20,000 nucleotides of DNA from IMG/VR virus record IMGVR_UViG_2850972752_000004, one strand, 5' to 3'. This DNA is from an uncultured virus (IMG/VR IMGVR_UViG_2850972752_000004). Its lineage: Duplodnaviria; Heunggongvirae; Uroviricota; Caudoviricetes. Made by a program: the position numbers and the translations under genes. Positions 7,031 to 15,644 of the stretch are shown one piece after another (the first letter of the stretch is position 1; each line of letters begins with the position of its first letter). Below the pieces are notes generated by a model. It worked only from the letters and a program-made list of their open reading frames with translations, was not told where the DNA came from and did no database searches.

Positions 7031-7555
7031 ATGAGCAACTCCATTGCACAGCGGCAGGAAGAGCTGCGCCGCCTGCTTAGCTATTGCCCTGAGACTGGAG
7101 AGTTCAGATGGAAAGTCAAACCACCAGGAAAGGTGCAGATAGGAGATCTTGCAGGAACAAAAGGAGAAGCGTTTGTTTACATCAGATTTGAAGGCCGCAG
7201 ACAGAAAGCTCACAGGCTCGCTTTTCTCTATATGACCGGAGAAATGCCCTTAGGAAATGTCGATCACATAGACGGAAATTCGGCCAACAACGCGTGGAGC
7301 AACCTTCGCCTCTGCACTCACGCAGAGAACATGCAGAACAGGAAGGTGAGCAAGCGCAACAAATCAGGATTTCTTGGCGTTAGCAAACATTCATCTGGAT
7401 GGCAGGCGACTATCGCCAAGGACAAGAAGTACTACCACCTTGGCCTATTCAAAACTCCCGAAGAGGCTCATCAGGCATATCTGGCGGCCAAGGCGCAGCT
7501 GCACACATTCAACCCAATTCCACGAGAAGGAAGTGCGACATGCAAACCTCTCTGA
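7031..7555 (+). CDS. HNH homing endonuclease with C-terminal AP2-like DNA-binding domain
   Basis: YCPETGEFRW, AHRLAF, VDHIDGN..NNAWSNLR..EN, SGFLGV..WQATI..LGLFKTPEEAHQAY; GAGG RBS before ATG 7031. Confidence 0.9.
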   Translation: MSNSIAQRQEELRRLLSYCPETGEFRWKVKPPGKVQIGDLAGTKGEAFVYIRFEGRRQKAHRLAFLYMTGEMPLGNVDHIDGNSANNAWSNLRLCTHAENMQNRKVSKRNKSGFLGVSKHSSGWQATIAKDKKYYHLGLFKTPEEAHQAYLAAKAQLHTFNPIPREGSATCKPL

Positions 7556-7616
7556 AGCCTATGGCAGATTCCAATACTCCCATAGCAATTCAAGAATCAG
7601 CGTAAGCGAACGGGCA

Positions 7617-9128
7617 TCACACCTTGCCGGCGGATACCCAGTTGTGCGGCAGCAGCTCGGCCAGGGCGCTGGCCTTCTGCGTCGGCAGGCGCGTGAGCAC
7701 GTCCTTCAGGTAGGCGTACGGATCGTGCCCGTTCAGGCGGGCTGACTGGATCAGCGTCATCAAGGCTGCGCCACGCTGGCCACTGCGCAGAGAGCCGGCA
7801 AACAGCCAGTTGGCACGCCCCAGGGCCCAGGGGCGGATCTGGTTCTCGATCCAGTTGTTGTCGATGGGCAGGTTGCCGTCATTCAGGTAGCGCACCAACG
7901 CTGCCCAGCGCTTGAGGCTGTAGTCGAGTGCCTTGGCGATCGCGCTGCCTTCCGGCACCTTCTGCCGCTGCCCAAGCATCCAGCTATGCAGGCCATCGAT
8001 GATCGGCCTGGCTTTGTCCTGGCGCAGTTGCCGTCGCTGTGCGGCGAGCAACTCTCGCCCTTCGCGCTCCACCTCGTACAGCTGACCGATGTACTGGAGG
8101 GCCTGCTCGGCCAGTTGGCTCTGGTTGGCGGCATGCAGGTCGAAGAACTTGCGCCGTGCATGGGCCATGCAGCCGATCTCGGTCACGCCTTGCTCGAAGC
8201 TGGCCTTGTAGCCGACGAAGTCGTCGCAGACCAGTTTGCCCTGCCAGTCGCCCAGGAAGCTGCGCGCGTGCTCGCCAGCCCGGCTCGGCCTGAAGTCGTA
8301 GACCACGGCCTTGAGGTCGGCGAAGGGGCTGGGTGCATAGGCCCAGACGTAAGCCCGCTGGGTCTTCTTCGTGCCCGGGGCGAGCATCTGCACCGGGGTT
8401 TCGTCGGCGAGGATGACGTCCTGCTGGAGCAGGCAGTCGCGCAGGGCATCGACCAGGGGTTGCAGCTGGACACCGCAAGCGCCGACCCATTGCGCCAGCG
8501 TGGAACGCGCGATAGCCAGCCCGGCGCGGGCGAAGATCTTTTCCTGGCGGTATAGCGGCAAGTGATCGGCGAACTTGGCCACCATGACCTGAGCCAGTAG
8601 CCCGGCAGTCGGGATGCCCTTGTCGATCACCTGCGCAGGCACTGGGGCCTGGATCAGCGTTTCACACTGGGCGCAGACCCACTTGCCACGGATATGCCGC
8701 TCGACGGTGAAGGTGCCCGGGGTGTAGTCGAGCTTCTCGCTGACGTCTTCACCGATGCGCTTGAGCTGGCAGCCGCAGGCACACTGGGTGCTGTCCGGCT
8801 CGTGAAGTATCAGCGTGCGCGGCAGTTCGGCCGGCAGCGGCGCTCGCTTGGGCTGCTGCCGTGGCTCGCGCTTGGCGGGCTCTGGTCGGGCCGTTTCAAG
8901 CTCTGCCTCGATGGCGGCGATGTCGGCCTCGATCATCTCGTCCAGCAGATTGAGCTGGTCGGCATTGAGCTGCTCGCTGCGGCGGGCGAAGCGGTGGCGC
9001 CGCAGCACGGCGAGTTCGTGGTTCAACCGCTGGTTGAGCGTTTCCAGGTGATCGACGCGCTGACTCAACTGCGCGGCCAGTTGGCGCAGTTGCTCGGGTG
9101 TCAGGTGATCGAAAGCGGCAGGACTCAT
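7617..9128 (-). CDS. tnpC: IS66 DDE transposase TnpC
   Basis: KFADHLPLYRQ, ADETP, CMAHARRKF, IDNNWIENQIRP, NWLFAGS motifs. Confidence 0.96.
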   Translation of the reverse strand: MSPAAFDHLTPEQLRQLAAQLSQRVDHLETLNQRLNHELAVLRRHRFARRSEQLNADQLNLLDEMIEADIAAIEAELETARPEPAKREPRQQPKRAPLPAELPRTLILHEPDSTQCACGCQLKRIGEDVSEKLDYTPGTFTVERHIRGKWVCAQCETLIQAPVPAQVIDKGIPTAGLLAQVMVAKFADHLPLYRQEKIFARAGLAIARSTLAQWVGACGVQLQPLVDALRDCLLQQDVILADETPVQMLAPGTKKTQRAYVWAYAPSPFADLKAVVYDFRPSRAGEHARSFLGDWQGKLVCDDFVGYKASFEQGVTEIGCMAHARRKFFDLHAANQSQLAEQALQYIGQLYEVEREGRELLAAQRRQLRQDKARPIIDGLHSWMLGQRQKVPEGSAIAKALDYSLKRWAALVRYLNDGNLPIDNNWIENQIRPWALGRANWLFAGSLRSGQRGAALMTLIQSARLNGHDPYAYLKDVLTRLPTQKASALAELLPHNWVSAGKV

Positions 9129-9191
9129 GGCGCCGAGTGTGCGGATTGTCGGCCCCCTCGGCGATAGGCCATTGGCCTAATTGCGCCCCGG

Positions 9192-9527
9192 CTACAGGAG
9201 TCTGATCTCGGCATTGGGCCCAAGACGCTGCCAAGGTAGGCCGACCACCAGGGCCTGCAACTGCTCGGGACTGAGTTCCAACTGCTGTCCCTGCCAATTG
9301 CCCGACCAGGCGAAGCGCCCTCGATTGAGCCTGCGAGCAGCCAGCCAGATGCCGAAGCCATCGTGCACCAGCACCTTCATCCGATTGGCGCGCTTGTTGG
9401 TGAACAGGTAGGCGCAGTGCGGCTGCGCCGCACCGAAAACTTGAACCACCCGGGCCAACGCGGTTTCGGTGCCGGCGCGCATGTCCAGCGGCTCGGTGGC
9501 GAGCCAGATGCGCTCGATGCGGATCAC
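9192..9527 (-). CDS. tnpB: IS66 accessory protein TnpB
   Basis: PLDMRAG...YLFTNKRANRMKVLVHDGFGIWL..RRL. Confidence 0.95.
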   Translation of the reverse strand: MIRIERIWLATEPLDMRAGTETALARVVQVFGAAQPHCAYLFTNKRANRMKVLVHDGFGIWLAARRLNRGRFAWSGNWQGQQLELSPEQLQALVVGLPWQRLGPNAEIRLL

Positions 9528-9859
9528 TTCAGTAGCTCGCGCAGAAAGCGGGCGCAGCCTTCAGGGTCCTTGCCCGGCCACTGCACCGACAGTTTGCCGG
9601 CCCGATGGGGAATTGCGATCTGGATGGCCCTGTCGGCCGCACTCGGGGTAGCCGGCACGCTCGGGACGAGAGGAATTGGAATAAAACCTGAGGGTACCGC
9701 GGGCAGCTGTGCCTGCTGGCGGCGAATCCACTTGTGCACGAGATTGGCGTTGAGGCCGTGGCTCAAGGCCACGCCGGCAACCGAGGCGCCGGGCTGGGTA
9801 CACTCCTCGACGACCTGGGCCTTGAAAGATTTGGGATAGGAGCGGCGTTGGCCTGGCAC
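9524..9859 (-). CDS. tnpA: IS66 accessory HTH protein TnpA
   Basis: RRSYPKSFKAQVV..PGASVAGVALSHGLNANLVHKW; GTG at 9859 preceded by GGAGG. Confidence 0.9.
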   Translation of the reverse strand: MPGQRRSYPKSFKAQVVEECTQPGASVAGVALSHGLNANLVHKWIRRQQAQLPAVPSGFIPIPLVPSVPATPSAADRAIQIAIPHRAGKLSVQWPGKDPEGCARFLRELLK

Positions 9860-10654
9860 GGGAGATCCTCCGCAAGGGGCTTGAAATGGTGTCCACCAAA
9901 AACAGGTGGACACCATGCCGCTAGCTGGAAGAACCGGGGAGGTGTGTTGGCCAGACGCTTACGAATCAGCAACGGTTCTTCAGGTAATACAGAAGGCTGC
10001 CTCAGACCCGTCCTGTGACATTGAGAAGCTCGAACGCCTGATGGCTATGCACGAGCGCATGCAGGCCAAGCAAGCCGAGCAGCAATACGCCGAGGCCATG
10101 GCGGCCATGCAGCAGGAACTGCCCGCCATCGGCGAGCGGGGAAACGCAGCAGGTCGATACACATACGCCCTCTGGGAAGACATCAACGAGAAGCTCAAGC
10201 CGATCCTGGCGAAGCACGGCTTCTCCATCAGCTTCCGCATGCCGCGCTGCGACAAAGGAATCGAGGTGGAGGGAGTTCTGACTCATCGCGCAGGACACAG
10301 TGAGCGCACAACGATCGTTCTGCCGGCAGACACCAGCGGCAACAAGAACGCCGTCCAGGCCGTTGCCAGTTCCGTCAGCTACGGAAAGCGCTATACCGCG
10401 GGCGCCCTGCTCAACTACACAACCCACGGCGAAGACGATGACGCGTTCAGCGCCGTATCGCAGCAGCCCGCTCTGGATCAGCAGGTCGTTATCGACATTC
10501 TGGAGCGCATTGACGAGGCCAAGGATAAGGACGAACTCGCCGCGATCTGGAAGGCGGCTGTCGGGGTGCTTCGCGCGGCCGGCGACACGACTGGCTATGA
10601 GCGCGTTAAAGCGGCTGCGGCCGAACGTGGCAAGGCTCTTGAGGGGACAGAGAA

Positions 10655-11299
10655 ATGATTATTATCACCTGCGACCAAGGAAGCCCCGAATGGCACCAGG
10701 CCAGGGCCGGGTGCATCACCGCCAGTATGTTCGGCGATGCCCGCGCAAGGCTTAAATCTGGCGCCAACAAAGGCCAGCCGACTTCCGCCGCTCTGGATTA
10801 CGCCTTCAAGCTGGCCGTTGAGCGTATCAGCGGGCAGCCGCTAGATGGAGGATTCGAGACCTGGCAGATGAAGCGTGGTCACGAACTGGAACCAGAGGCC
10901 CGCATGGAGCACGAGATTCAGACAGGCCTGATCATCCAGCGCGCCGGCTTCGTGACAACCGACGACGGCATGTTCGGAGCCAGCGCTGACGGACTGATCG
11001 GCGAGGATGGCGGCAGCGAGTACAAGTGCTTCCTCGCCCCGGAGAAGCTTCGCGCCTTCCACATCGACAACGACGCCAGCGGAATCATGGATCAGGTTCA
11101 AGGATGCATGTGGATCACTGGCCGCAAGTTCTGGCACGTCGGCATGTACTGCCCTGCGCTGGAGCCTGTAGGCCGTCAACTCTGGTGGCGAGAGTTCAAG
11201 CGCGACGACGACTACATCGAAGCTCTGGAGGAAGACCTGTGGCAGTTCAAGCTGCTGGTCGACGAGTACGAGGCAAAGCTTCGGGAGAAGGCGGCATGA
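10655..11299 (+). CDS. YqaJ/lambda-exonuclease family viral recombinase nuclease
   Basis: QGSPEWHQARAGCITAS, MKRGHELEPEAR, GASADGL, EYKC, QVQGCMW; coupled to erf. Confidence 0.93.
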   Translation: MIIITCDQGSPEWHQARAGCITASMFGDARARLKSGANKGQPTSAALDYAFKLAVERISGQPLDGGFETWQMKRGHELEPEARMEHEIQTGLIIQRAGFVTTDDGMFGASADGLIGEDGGSEYKCFLAPEKLRAFHIDNDASGIMDQVQGCMWITGRKFWHVGMYCPALEPVGRQLWWREFKRDDDYIEALEEDLWQFKLLVDEYEAKLREKAA

Positions 11300-11658
11300 G
11301 CCAGATCGACTTCAGCCGTCATCCTGTAGATGTGCATCGAGACGAAATAGCCAGCCAGGTAGATGCGTTCCTGGCGGGCGGCGGAAAGATCGCATCCATC
11401 CCAATCGGCATGTCGGGAGACAAGGACGTCCAGTGGAACGGTAGGTCGGCACGAAAAGCTAAGCCAGGGCAGACCGACGCCGCGCACGCTGCGTTCGAAA
11501 GCAACCGCCGAGAGAATCGCAGGCTGCTATCGCAAACAGTCCGTTACTGCGCAGACAAGGGGATGACTATCTCCGCCACCGCAGACGCAATGGACCTTGA
11601 CCGCGCTACTGTCCGCAAGATCGCCGCCGAGCACGGCATCAGGTTCGGGCATCGTTAG
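11296..11658 (+). CDS. Phage protein with C-terminal HTH (120 aa, MSQIDFSRH...)
   Basis: ATGA overlap; VDAFLAGGGKI motif and GMTISATADAMDLDRATVRKIA HTH. Confidence 0.75.
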   Translation: MSQIDFSRHPVDVHRDEIASQVDAFLAGGGKIASIPIGMSGDKDVQWNGRSARKAKPGQTDAAHAAFESNRRENRRLLSQTVRYCADKGMTISATADAMDLDRATVRKIAAEHGIRFGHR

Positions 11659-11694
11659 CGCCGCGACTCCCTCTCCCCGAACAGGAATAACCCC

Positions 11695-11898
11695 ATGCAC
11701 CAGCTAACAGCGAATCACCGCCCTGGCGGTGTGACGGTCACCGGCTGGCCTGAAGAAAGCCAGCTCATGACCCCAGACGACATTCTGCTATTCGCGAGAG
11801 CGGTGAGGCAGATAGCGATCAACCAAGCCCAGGGCGCCGAGGGTGTTCTGGTCTACCCGGAGGTGGGTGATGGAAGTCAAGGCGAAGACCAAGCGTGA
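11695..11898 (+). CDS. Phage hypothetical protein
   Basis: AGGA RBS, 67 aa. Confidence 0.65.
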   Translation: MHQLTANHRPGGVTVTGWPEESQLMTPDDILLFARAVRQIAINQAQGAEGVLVYPEVGDGSQGEDQA

Positions 11899-12040
11899 CT
11901 CCGGCCTGCGCACGGCAGTGCTCCTCCTGAAGCGCGCAAACCGCTACGTCGGTGTCCACAACAGCATTGGCGCAATGGACCTCAGCACAGAGATTGTCGA
12001 ATTCATCGCTGCTATTGAGCGGCAGGAGAAGGTATTGTGA
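11870..12040 (+). CDS. Phage hypothetical protein (56 aa, MEVKAKTKRD...)
   Basis: GGAGGT RBS; GTGA overlap with next gene. Confidence 0.65.
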   Translation: MEVKAKTKRDSGLRTAVLLLKRANRYVGVHNSIGAMDLSTEIVEFIAAIERQEKVL

Positions 12041-13668
12041 GCAAGGAACTGAACAAGGCATCGGTAGAGCAGGCAGGCGGGGATGAGCGCGACTTGCAGG
12101 CAGAGGGCGCGCAGGAGGTTCCATCGCCAGTCTCACAAGAGTATGACCGACATTTGATCAGTCTTTTGCGTAAAGGTGAGGCACTTCCTGGCCACCAGGA
12201 GGAAGCCGCTGACGAGATCGAGCGCCTGCGCGACTGGAATGATCACCTGAACAACACCGTTCTACCCAACATCCTCAATCCAAATTTCCTGATGCTTATG
12301 AAGGGTGGCGAGAGGCTGCTTGACCTGTGCACGAAGGACGGCAAGTTCATTGGCGTATCGCTGAATGACATGAAGGACGTGTTTGATTGGATGGTCACGC
12401 ACGCTCGAATTGCACCTGATCAAGCCGCCCTGGCGCAACCCTCCCCGGCGCAGGGCGATGAAAAACCCGGAGACAGCATCCTCTGCTACGGATGTTTCGC
12501 CAAAGGCGTCGGTCCCGACCATTTCGACGAGGCTGGGAAGTGTCTCGCAGCGCAGGGCGAGCAGGCAGAGCCGAAGTCGGGGCTTGAGGGATGGCGAGAC
12601 GCGATCCGCCAGCTCGCCGAACAGGAAGAGGCTGTTGGTTGCCAGGGCACCAACTGCGGAACAACGACGGGCGATCACTCGCCGGAGTGCCTTGCCGAAG
12701 CGGCGGCATCCCAGGGCTGGGAGCTGAAGCCGGAAGACCTAGGCGAGGTGGAGGTGGTGGGCTATCTCGCCACTGCCGAACATCCGAAGCACGGCCAGCC
12801 GCACAAGGCGTTCAACTACTTCAAGGACCAGCACGACGCGCAGGTGGCGCACTGGCGTGAGCGCGGCTGCACGGTGACGGAAGACCGGCTTATGACCGTC
12901 TCCCAGCACGAGCGCATCGTCGGGGCGCTGCGGGCGGAGAACACAAAGCTGAGCGAAGCGCTCGACGAGAGCGATGGAGACCGCTGGAAGCTGCGATCCG
13001 AGCGCGACGCTGCCAACGCCCGTCTGCACGAAGTAGCAACGGACTGCGCAACGGCAGAGCAAGAGCGCGACGCCGCCCTGGCCAGGGTGGCGGAGCTGGA
13101 GCGCGTCCTGCGGGTAGTGGTCAACGCTGCCGACCATGGCTCATGGCCGACCACGGTGATGCATGGCATCGAGAAGGTGCGTGAAGTTCTCGCAGGCTCA
13201 GCCCCGCCCGTCAAGGCTCAGCCCGAGGAAACGCCCGGAGAAATACTCGCCGCCAAACTGATCGAAACCTGGGTGGCGAAGCATGGAAAGCCGGCTCCAT
13301 GGTCAAAAATAGTCGAGATCACAGCGCTTGCGACCAACATGCCCAACGACGAGCGCGACCGACTGCTTGCACTGGACGATGACGTGGACGCCCAGGCTCA
13401 GCACAGCGTGCCGGGAAATGCTGCCGCTCTGGTACGGGCCGAAGGAAAGAAATACTCGCTCAACGCTGCCGGCATGCTTGACTCCGGCGCCCCGGAACAC
13501 GCCCAGACCTTTGCCATCGTTCAGTTGCTGTCCGAGTTCGATGACGAAGAAGCGGAAAGCCACTGGGAAGCGATCATGGCCTATTCCGATTTTCGCACCA
13601 GTGACGCTCTGTTCCATGCAGCCGAGCTGCTCGCCGCCGCGCCCGGCAAGGAGGTAGGTCATGAGTGA
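12037..13668 (+). CDS. Large mosaic early-region protein (Eaa/Ea-type modular ORF)
   Basis: 543-aa ORF with A/Q/P-rich linkers, coiled-coil segment and Cys/His mini-modules; coupled at both ends. Confidence 0.8.
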   Translation: MSKELNKASVEQAGGDERDLQAEGAQEVPSPVSQEYDRHLISLLRKGEALPGHQEEAADEIERLRDWNDHLNNTVLPNILNPNFLMLMKGGERLLDLCTKDGKFIGVSLNDMKDVFDWMVTHARIAPDQAALAQPSPAQGDEKPGDSILCYGCFAKGVGPDHFDEAGKCLAAQGEQAEPKSGLEGWRDAIRQLAEQEEAVGCQGTNCGTTTGDHSPECLAEAAASQGWELKPEDLGEVEVVGYLATAEHPKHGQPHKAFNYFKDQHDAQVAHWRERGCTVTEDRLMTVSQHERIVGALRAENTKLSEALDESDGDRWKLRSERDAANARLHEVATDCATAEQERDAALARVAELERVLRVVVNAADHGSWPTTVMHGIEKVREVLAGSAPPVKAQPEETPGEILAAKLIETWVAKHGKPAPWSKIVEITALATNMPNDERDRLLALDDDVDAQAQHSVPGNAAALVRAEGKKYSLNAAGMLDSGAPEHAQTFAIVQLLSEFDDEEAESHWEAIMAYSDFRTSDALFHAAELLAAAPGKEVGHE

Positions 13669-13927
13669 GGAACACTACGAATCGAGGCTGGCAAGCAAGT
13701 GCCAGGGAGTCGCCCGGTGCCTGAGCTACAACGGGAACCGGCACGAAGCAGAGGCCAAGCATGTCTTGCTGGAAGCCTCTCACATGCTCGACAGCCATGC
13801 AGTCCGGGTCCATCAGAAAGCCGACGGTCTTCTGATGGTAAACGCTCGCGGCAAGTCGCGATTCATGAACTGGCGCGAACGGCTCGCACGCTGGCTGCTT
13901 AAGGGCTCATTGGAGATTCGGCCATGA
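13661..13927 (+). CDS. Phage hypothetical protein
   Basis: AGGAGGT RBS; overlapping neighbours. Confidence 0.8.
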   Translation: MSEEHYESRLASKCQGVARCLSYNGNRHEAEAKHVLLEASHMLDSHAVRVHQKADGLLMVNARGKSRFMNWRERLARWLLKGSLEIRP

Positions 13928-14472
13928 GTGAAAGATACCGAGTAGAGCAGACAGGAAAAGGGTTCTGGCCCTATTGCGTCAGGGCCGGAAATGGCACGCG
14001 CGATCTGTATGTGGGGCACAAAAAGACCTGTGACCGAGTTGCGGCGGAACTGACAACTGCGTTCAGGGATGGAGAATTTGTTGGCAAGGGACTCTACGAC
14101 GCCCTCGCCGCCGAGGCCCAGGCGCTCAGGGAGGAAGTCGCGGCACTGCGCGCAAGGGTGGTGGTTCCGGATGGGTACGCGCTCATGCCGCTGGAACCAT
14201 CCCCCGAAATGCGTCTTGCGAGCCACCGGTACAAGCGCAAGAACAAAGTCTCGACCGGACCTGGATTCTGGCGCGCAATGGCCGAGGCTGCTCCGCGCCT
14301 CAACGGCCTGACGGTCAGCGCGTCCGCGCTCGATACCCTGCGCCGGTTCGCTACCGGGGAGGTTGGGCACCTGAACAGCGGGCATTGCCCTGATGATCTC
14401 GAAGGCCGCTCGGCGCGCGATCCGAATTGTTCGGTATGTAGAGCGCTAATCGATACGGAGAAGAGCAAATGA
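13924..14472 (+). CDS. Phage hypothetical protein (mosaic; VVPDGYALMPLEPSPEM module)
   Basis: GGAG RBS; ATGA overlaps at both ends. Confidence 0.8.
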   Translation: MSERYRVEQTGKGFWPYCVRAGNGTRDLYVGHKKTCDRVAAELTTAFRDGEFVGKGLYDALAAEAQALREEVAALRARVVVPDGYALMPLEPSPEMRLASHRYKRKNKVSTGPGFWRAMAEAAPRLNGLTVSASALDTLRRFATGEVGHLNSGHCPDDLEGRSARDPNCSVCRALIDTEKSK

Positions 14473-14666
14473 TTGTTCTGAGGTTCGAAAAATATCTGAC
14501 CCTTTTCTCCTATCACGGCCTTCCTGTCTACATCGGAGACCAATGCATCACCCGCAGATCATTGGTCTGGTGGTGGCCGATAAACTGGATTGCCGTCTCC
14601 ATAGGCGCACCAATCGTCATCTGGCGGCTATGGCGTCTTTCCCGCAGGAGGAAATCCAATGGCTGA
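14469..14666 (+). CDS. Small membrane protein with basic tail
   Basis: ATGA overlap; LVWWWPINWIAVSIGAPIVIW segment. Confidence 0.6.
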   Translation: MIVLRFEKYLTLFSYHGLPVYIGDQCITRRSLVWWWPINWIAVSIGAPIVIWRLWRLSRRRKSNG

Positions 14667-14997
14667 AGAACTGAAACCGTGTCCGTTCTGCGGATGTTCG
14701 ATGCGCCTGGAGAGCAACCACGACTGGCACAGGATCGTAGGCGATCACTCGGCCGAGTGCGTGTTTCTCGACAGCGAAACCATGATGGTCCCAGCCATAA
14801 AAGATCAGCGTGAAATCGCCATCGCTGACTGGAACACCAGAGCAGTCCCCGCAGGCCATGTGGTGGCTCCGCGGGAGTTGCTGGAGGAACTTCTTGAGGC
14901 CGCGAAGGACGGTGCGGCGCACAAGGGGGAATACCTGTCCAAGAAGTATGGCGAGCCAGAGCTGTTCGCGAAGTTCGATACCCTCCTCCAATCCTAA
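14659..14997 (+). CDS. Lar-family restriction alleviation-like protein
   Basis: ELKPCPFCG start and AIADWNTRA motif; AGGAGG RBS. Confidence 0.8.
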   Translation: MAEELKPCPFCGCSMRLESNHDWHRIVGDHSAECVFLDSETMMVPAIKDQREIAIADWNTRAVPAGHVVAPRELLEELLEAAKDGAAHKGEYLSKKYGEPELFAKFDTLLQS

Positions 14998-15159
14998 CCC
15001 TTTGATTCTCCTCCGATGCCGGAATCCCGGCATCGCCACCGCCACCCTCGGCCAGGCTGAAACCCGCATTCCTGCTGGGCTTCAGCACAAAAACTAGCCG
15101 ATTTTGGCCAGCGAGCCCGCCACCCCAAACCAACGAATCCGACCCCCGGAGGACCAACC

Positions 15160-15306
15160 GTGGACAACGAAAACGAAACCCTGGTCGCGCTGCTGGTCAT
15201 CGCGCTGATCGTCTTCGGCATCTTCCGGATAGTCGGGGACTTCCAGAACCTCTACGAGCAGACCGAGTTGAAAGGACAGGAGTTGAGCAGATGGAGCAAG
15301 CAATGA
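15160..15306 (+). CDS. 48-aa single-TM peptide MDNENETLVALLVIALIVFGIFRIVGDF...
   Basis: Manual translation; GGAGG RBS before GTG. Confidence 0.65.
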   Translation: MDNENETLVALLVIALIVFGIFRIVGDFQNLYEQTELKGQELSRWSKQ

Positions 15307-15644
15307 GACAGGAGTTTGAATACCGCTTCCCGATCCCTGAAGGCATCGAGTGGCGTGACACCGATTACTTCCCGGTGCAGACCGATAACGTCCACGTATA
15401 CGTGGCTCTTGCCGGAGTCGCTGCGCGCTACACGTCGATGTGGCAAGCCTGGCAAGCCAGCCGCGCGGCTCTGAGGGTGGAGTTGCCGCCGACGATCACC
15501 GCCGAAGAGGTTGTTGAGCATTTCAACATCGACGAGGAAGGCATCGACATGGCCGCTGGTATTGCGCACATGGTCAACGGCGCCATCTGGTCCTGTGCGG
15601 CATTCATCCAGCAAGCCGGAATCGAGGTGAAGCAGAATGGATGA
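15291..15644 (+). CDS. Phage hypothetical protein
   Basis: AGGAG RBS; MWQAWQASRA motif. Confidence 0.75.
   Translation: MEQAMRQEFEYRFPIPEGIEWRDTDYFPVQTDNVHVYVALAGVAARYTSMWQAWQASRAALRVELPPTITAEEVVEHFNIDEEGIDMAAGIAHMVNGAIWSCAAFIQQAGIEVKQNG

Larger units (their letters stand above)
7602..9962 (-). mobile_element. Complete IS66-family insertion sequence (2361 bp)
   Basis: TIRs GTAAGCGAACGGGCATCACACC / GTAAGCGTCTGGCCAACACACC (17/22); 8-bp TSD GAATCAGC at 7594-7601 and 9963-9970; tnpABC. Confidence 0.97.
7540..10658 (+). pseudogene. erf: ERF-family single-strand annealing protein interrupted by IS66 (7540-7601 plus 9971-10658; 249 aa when rejoined)
   Basis: YTYALWEDI..LKPILAKHG, NAVQAVASSVSYGKRY, EDDD ERF motifs; removing the IS and one TSD gives in-frame MQTSLKPMADSNTPIAIQESATVLQ. 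Confidence 0.88.

Noticed and set aside
4230..7555. Restriction-modification pair of the MTase and the HNH nuclease
   Set aside because: The HNH has homing-type HNH-AP2 architecture and is separated by unrelated genes
7031..7560. Group I intron around the HNH gene
   Set aside because: The HNH ORF fills the interval, leaving no room for a ribozyme core
9192..9527. RNA-guided TnpB nuclease
   Set aside because: IS66 TnpB is an unrelated 111-aa accessory protein with no RuvC motifs
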